From the NCBI GenBank assembly GCA_047602405.1, contig JASGHJ010000002.1, positions 960,001-1,024,000 of the forward strand: DNA of 64,000 nt, given 5' to 3'. Below are positions 62,433 to 64,000 of the stretch, one piece after another; position 1 is the stretch's first letter; the number at the start of each line of letters is the position of its first letter. Origin of the DNA: Anaeromyxobacteraceae bacterium. Its GTDB lineage: Bacteria; Myxococcota; Myxococcia; Myxococcales; Anaeromyxobacteraceae. The notes beneath the pieces are model-generated. The model worked only from the letters and a program-made list of their open reading frames with translations, was not told the origin of the DNA and did no database searches. The position numbers were made by a program, and so were the translations under genes.

Positions 62433-64000
62433 ATGGCCGCCCCGGGAGGTCCATTGGAGCGGTTGCGCCGGTTCTACGACGAGCTGCGACGCAGACGGAT
62501 GTTCCGCGCGCTCGGCGCCTATGGCGTCGGTGCGTTCGCGGTGCTCCAGAGCGCCGAGCCGGTCGTGCACGGCCTCCACCTGCCCGAGTGGGTCATCAGC
62601 GTCGTCGTCATTGGCTGCGCGGCCGGCTTCCCGGTCGCCTTCGTGCTCGCCTGGACGTTCGACCTGACCGCGCGCGGCATCGAGCGCACGCCCGACGCGG
62701 CCCCGGTCACGCCGACCCCGCCCCCCGCACCGGAGAACTCGGCGGTGAGGCCCGGCCAGCTGAGCGCGCTCCTCGAGGAGCTCGCCCGGGCCCCGGAGGT
62801 CGCCCCGCTGGCGCTGCGGCCGCTCCGGCCCGGCGACTCGGTCGGCCGCTTCGAGGTGCTGCGCGAGATCGGCCGCGGCGGGTTCGGGGTCGTCTACGAG
62901 GCGCGCGACGGCGGGCTCGGGCGGCTCGTCGCCCTCAAGACGGTCCAGCCGCGCAAGGGGGTCGACCCGGAGATGCTGCGCGGCGAGGCCGAGGCGGCGG
63001 CCCAGCTGCAGCACCCGAACATCGTCACCGTCCACGACGTCGGGGCCGACCACGGCCACGCCTGGATGGTGCTCGAGCTGCTCCGGGGCGAGACGCTCGA
63101 GGCGCGCCTGCGCCGCGGGCCGCTGCCCCACCGCGAGGCGCTCCGCATCGCCATCCACGTCGCGCGGGGCCTGGCGCACGCGCACCGCGCGGGCATCGTC
63201 CACCGCGACCTCAAGCCCGCGAACGTCTTCCTCTGCGAGGACGGCACCGCCAAGATCCTCGACTTCGGCCTCAGCCGCGTCTTCGGCTCGGGCGGCGCGG
63301 AGGGCGGCACGCCGGGCTACATGGCGCCCGAGCAGAGCCGGGGTGGGGCGCAGGACGCCCGGACGGACGTCTTCGCCGCGGCGGTGATGCTCCACGAGAT
63401 GCTCGCGGGCCGCCGGCCTTACGAGGTGCGCGACGGCCGCTCGTCCGCGCTCGACGCCGTCCGCGCGCCGGCGCTCGAGGTGCGCGCGCCGGGGCCGCTG
63501 CGCAGGCTGCTCGAGGCCGGCCTGCACCCCGATCCGGATCACCGGCCGCGCGACGGCGGGGCCTGGCTCGAGCTCCTCCTGAAGGCCGACGCGGCGGGGG
63601 CCCGCAGCCATGCGCGCGCGGCGCTCGCGGTGGGGGTGGCCGGCAGCGTCCTCGCCGCGATCGCCATGGGGACGCTCGTGTGGCGCGGGATCCGCGCCGG
63701 CGCGGAGGAGGCGGAGCTCGACCCGGCCCTGCGCGTGCCCGTCGCGGTGGCCGACGTGCGGAACGGGACGAGCGACCCCGAGCTCGACGGCCTCTCCGGC
63801 ATGCTCGTGACCTCGCTCGAGCAGTCGCGCCGGCTCCTCGTCCTCACCCGCTCGCGCCTCGTGGACGCGATCCGGCAGCTCGGCAAGGAGCCGCCGGCGG
63901 TCGTCGACGAGCCGCTCGCGCGCGAGGTGGGCCGCAGCCTGGGCGTGAAGGCGCTCCTGCTCGCCACCGTGCACCGCTTCGACGACGTCTACGCGATCGA
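62433..64000 (+). CDS. Membrane Ser/Thr protein kinase (3' end outside window; absent from the ORF track)
   Basis: Hand translation from ATG 62433: two N-terminal TM helices, IGRGGFGVVY, VALK, HRDLKPAN, DFG, GTPGYMAPE, then TM and a TolB-N-like domain. Confidence 0.9.
   Translation, partial: MAAPGGPLERLRRFYDELRRRRMFRALGAYGVGAFAVLQSAEPVVHGLHLPEWVISVVVIGCAAGFPVAFVLAWTFDLTARGIERTPDAAPVTPTPPPAPENSAVRPGQLSALLEELARAPEVAPLALRPLRPGDSVGRFEVLREIGRGGFGVVYEARDGGLGRLVALKTVQPRKGVDPEMLRGEAEAAAQLQHPNIVTVHDVGADHGHAWMVLELLRGETLEARLRRGPLPHREALRIAIHVARGLAHAHRAGIVHRDLKPANVFLCEDGTAKILDFGLSRVFGSGGAEGGTPGYMAPEQSRGGAQDARTDVFAAAVMLHEMLAGRRPYEVRDGRSSALDAVRAPALEVRAPGPLRRLLEAGLHPDPDHRPRDGGAWLELLLKADAAGARSHARAALAVGVAGSVLAAIAMGTLVWRGIRAGAEEAELDPALRVPVAVADVRNGTSDPELDGLSGMLVTSLEQSRRLLVLTRSRLVDAIRQLGKEPPAVVDEPLAREVGRSLGVKALLLATVHRFDDVYAI

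Overview
Very high-GC chromosomal window that looks like an Anaeromyxobacter-like Myxococcota genome (inferred from gene content and order). Most of it is housekeeping and myxobacterial core: phoH-7TM/HD-ybeY-lnt-prfB; a pilT paralog; GT4 plus glycogen debranching enzyme; aglZ-like-pgeF-cpoB-like-LysM-dprA-topA-tolQ/tolR/tolR-dksA-trmFO-aglU-like; xerC-hslVU-argD-argF-DnaJ-DnaK; maoC pair-coaE-cytochrome c-engB-greB-metF-Ser/Thr kinase. I saw no rRNA, tRNA or CRISPR array. The most interesting signals are non-coding. (1) At 53251-55123 three direct copies of a 24-bp repeat bracket a RAYT/Y1-HUH transposase and a foreign-looking cargo gene in a cassette-like layout. (2) At 20639-22110 a complete IS110 (IS1111-type) element has a readable bridge-RNA-like region whose guide segments match its own target and donor junctions. 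(3) That IS sits in an attC-like hairpin at the centre of two ~320-bp inverted arms, each carrying its own covarying 19-bp inverted repeats that span exactly 248 bp. (4) A candidate sigma54-driven structured sRNA lies at ~18900-19140. (5) All six non-programmed frameshifts are 1-nt insertions at GATC, which points to a DNA-modification-linked sequencing artefact rather than pseudogenes. All calls were made by eye from motifs, with no database searches.
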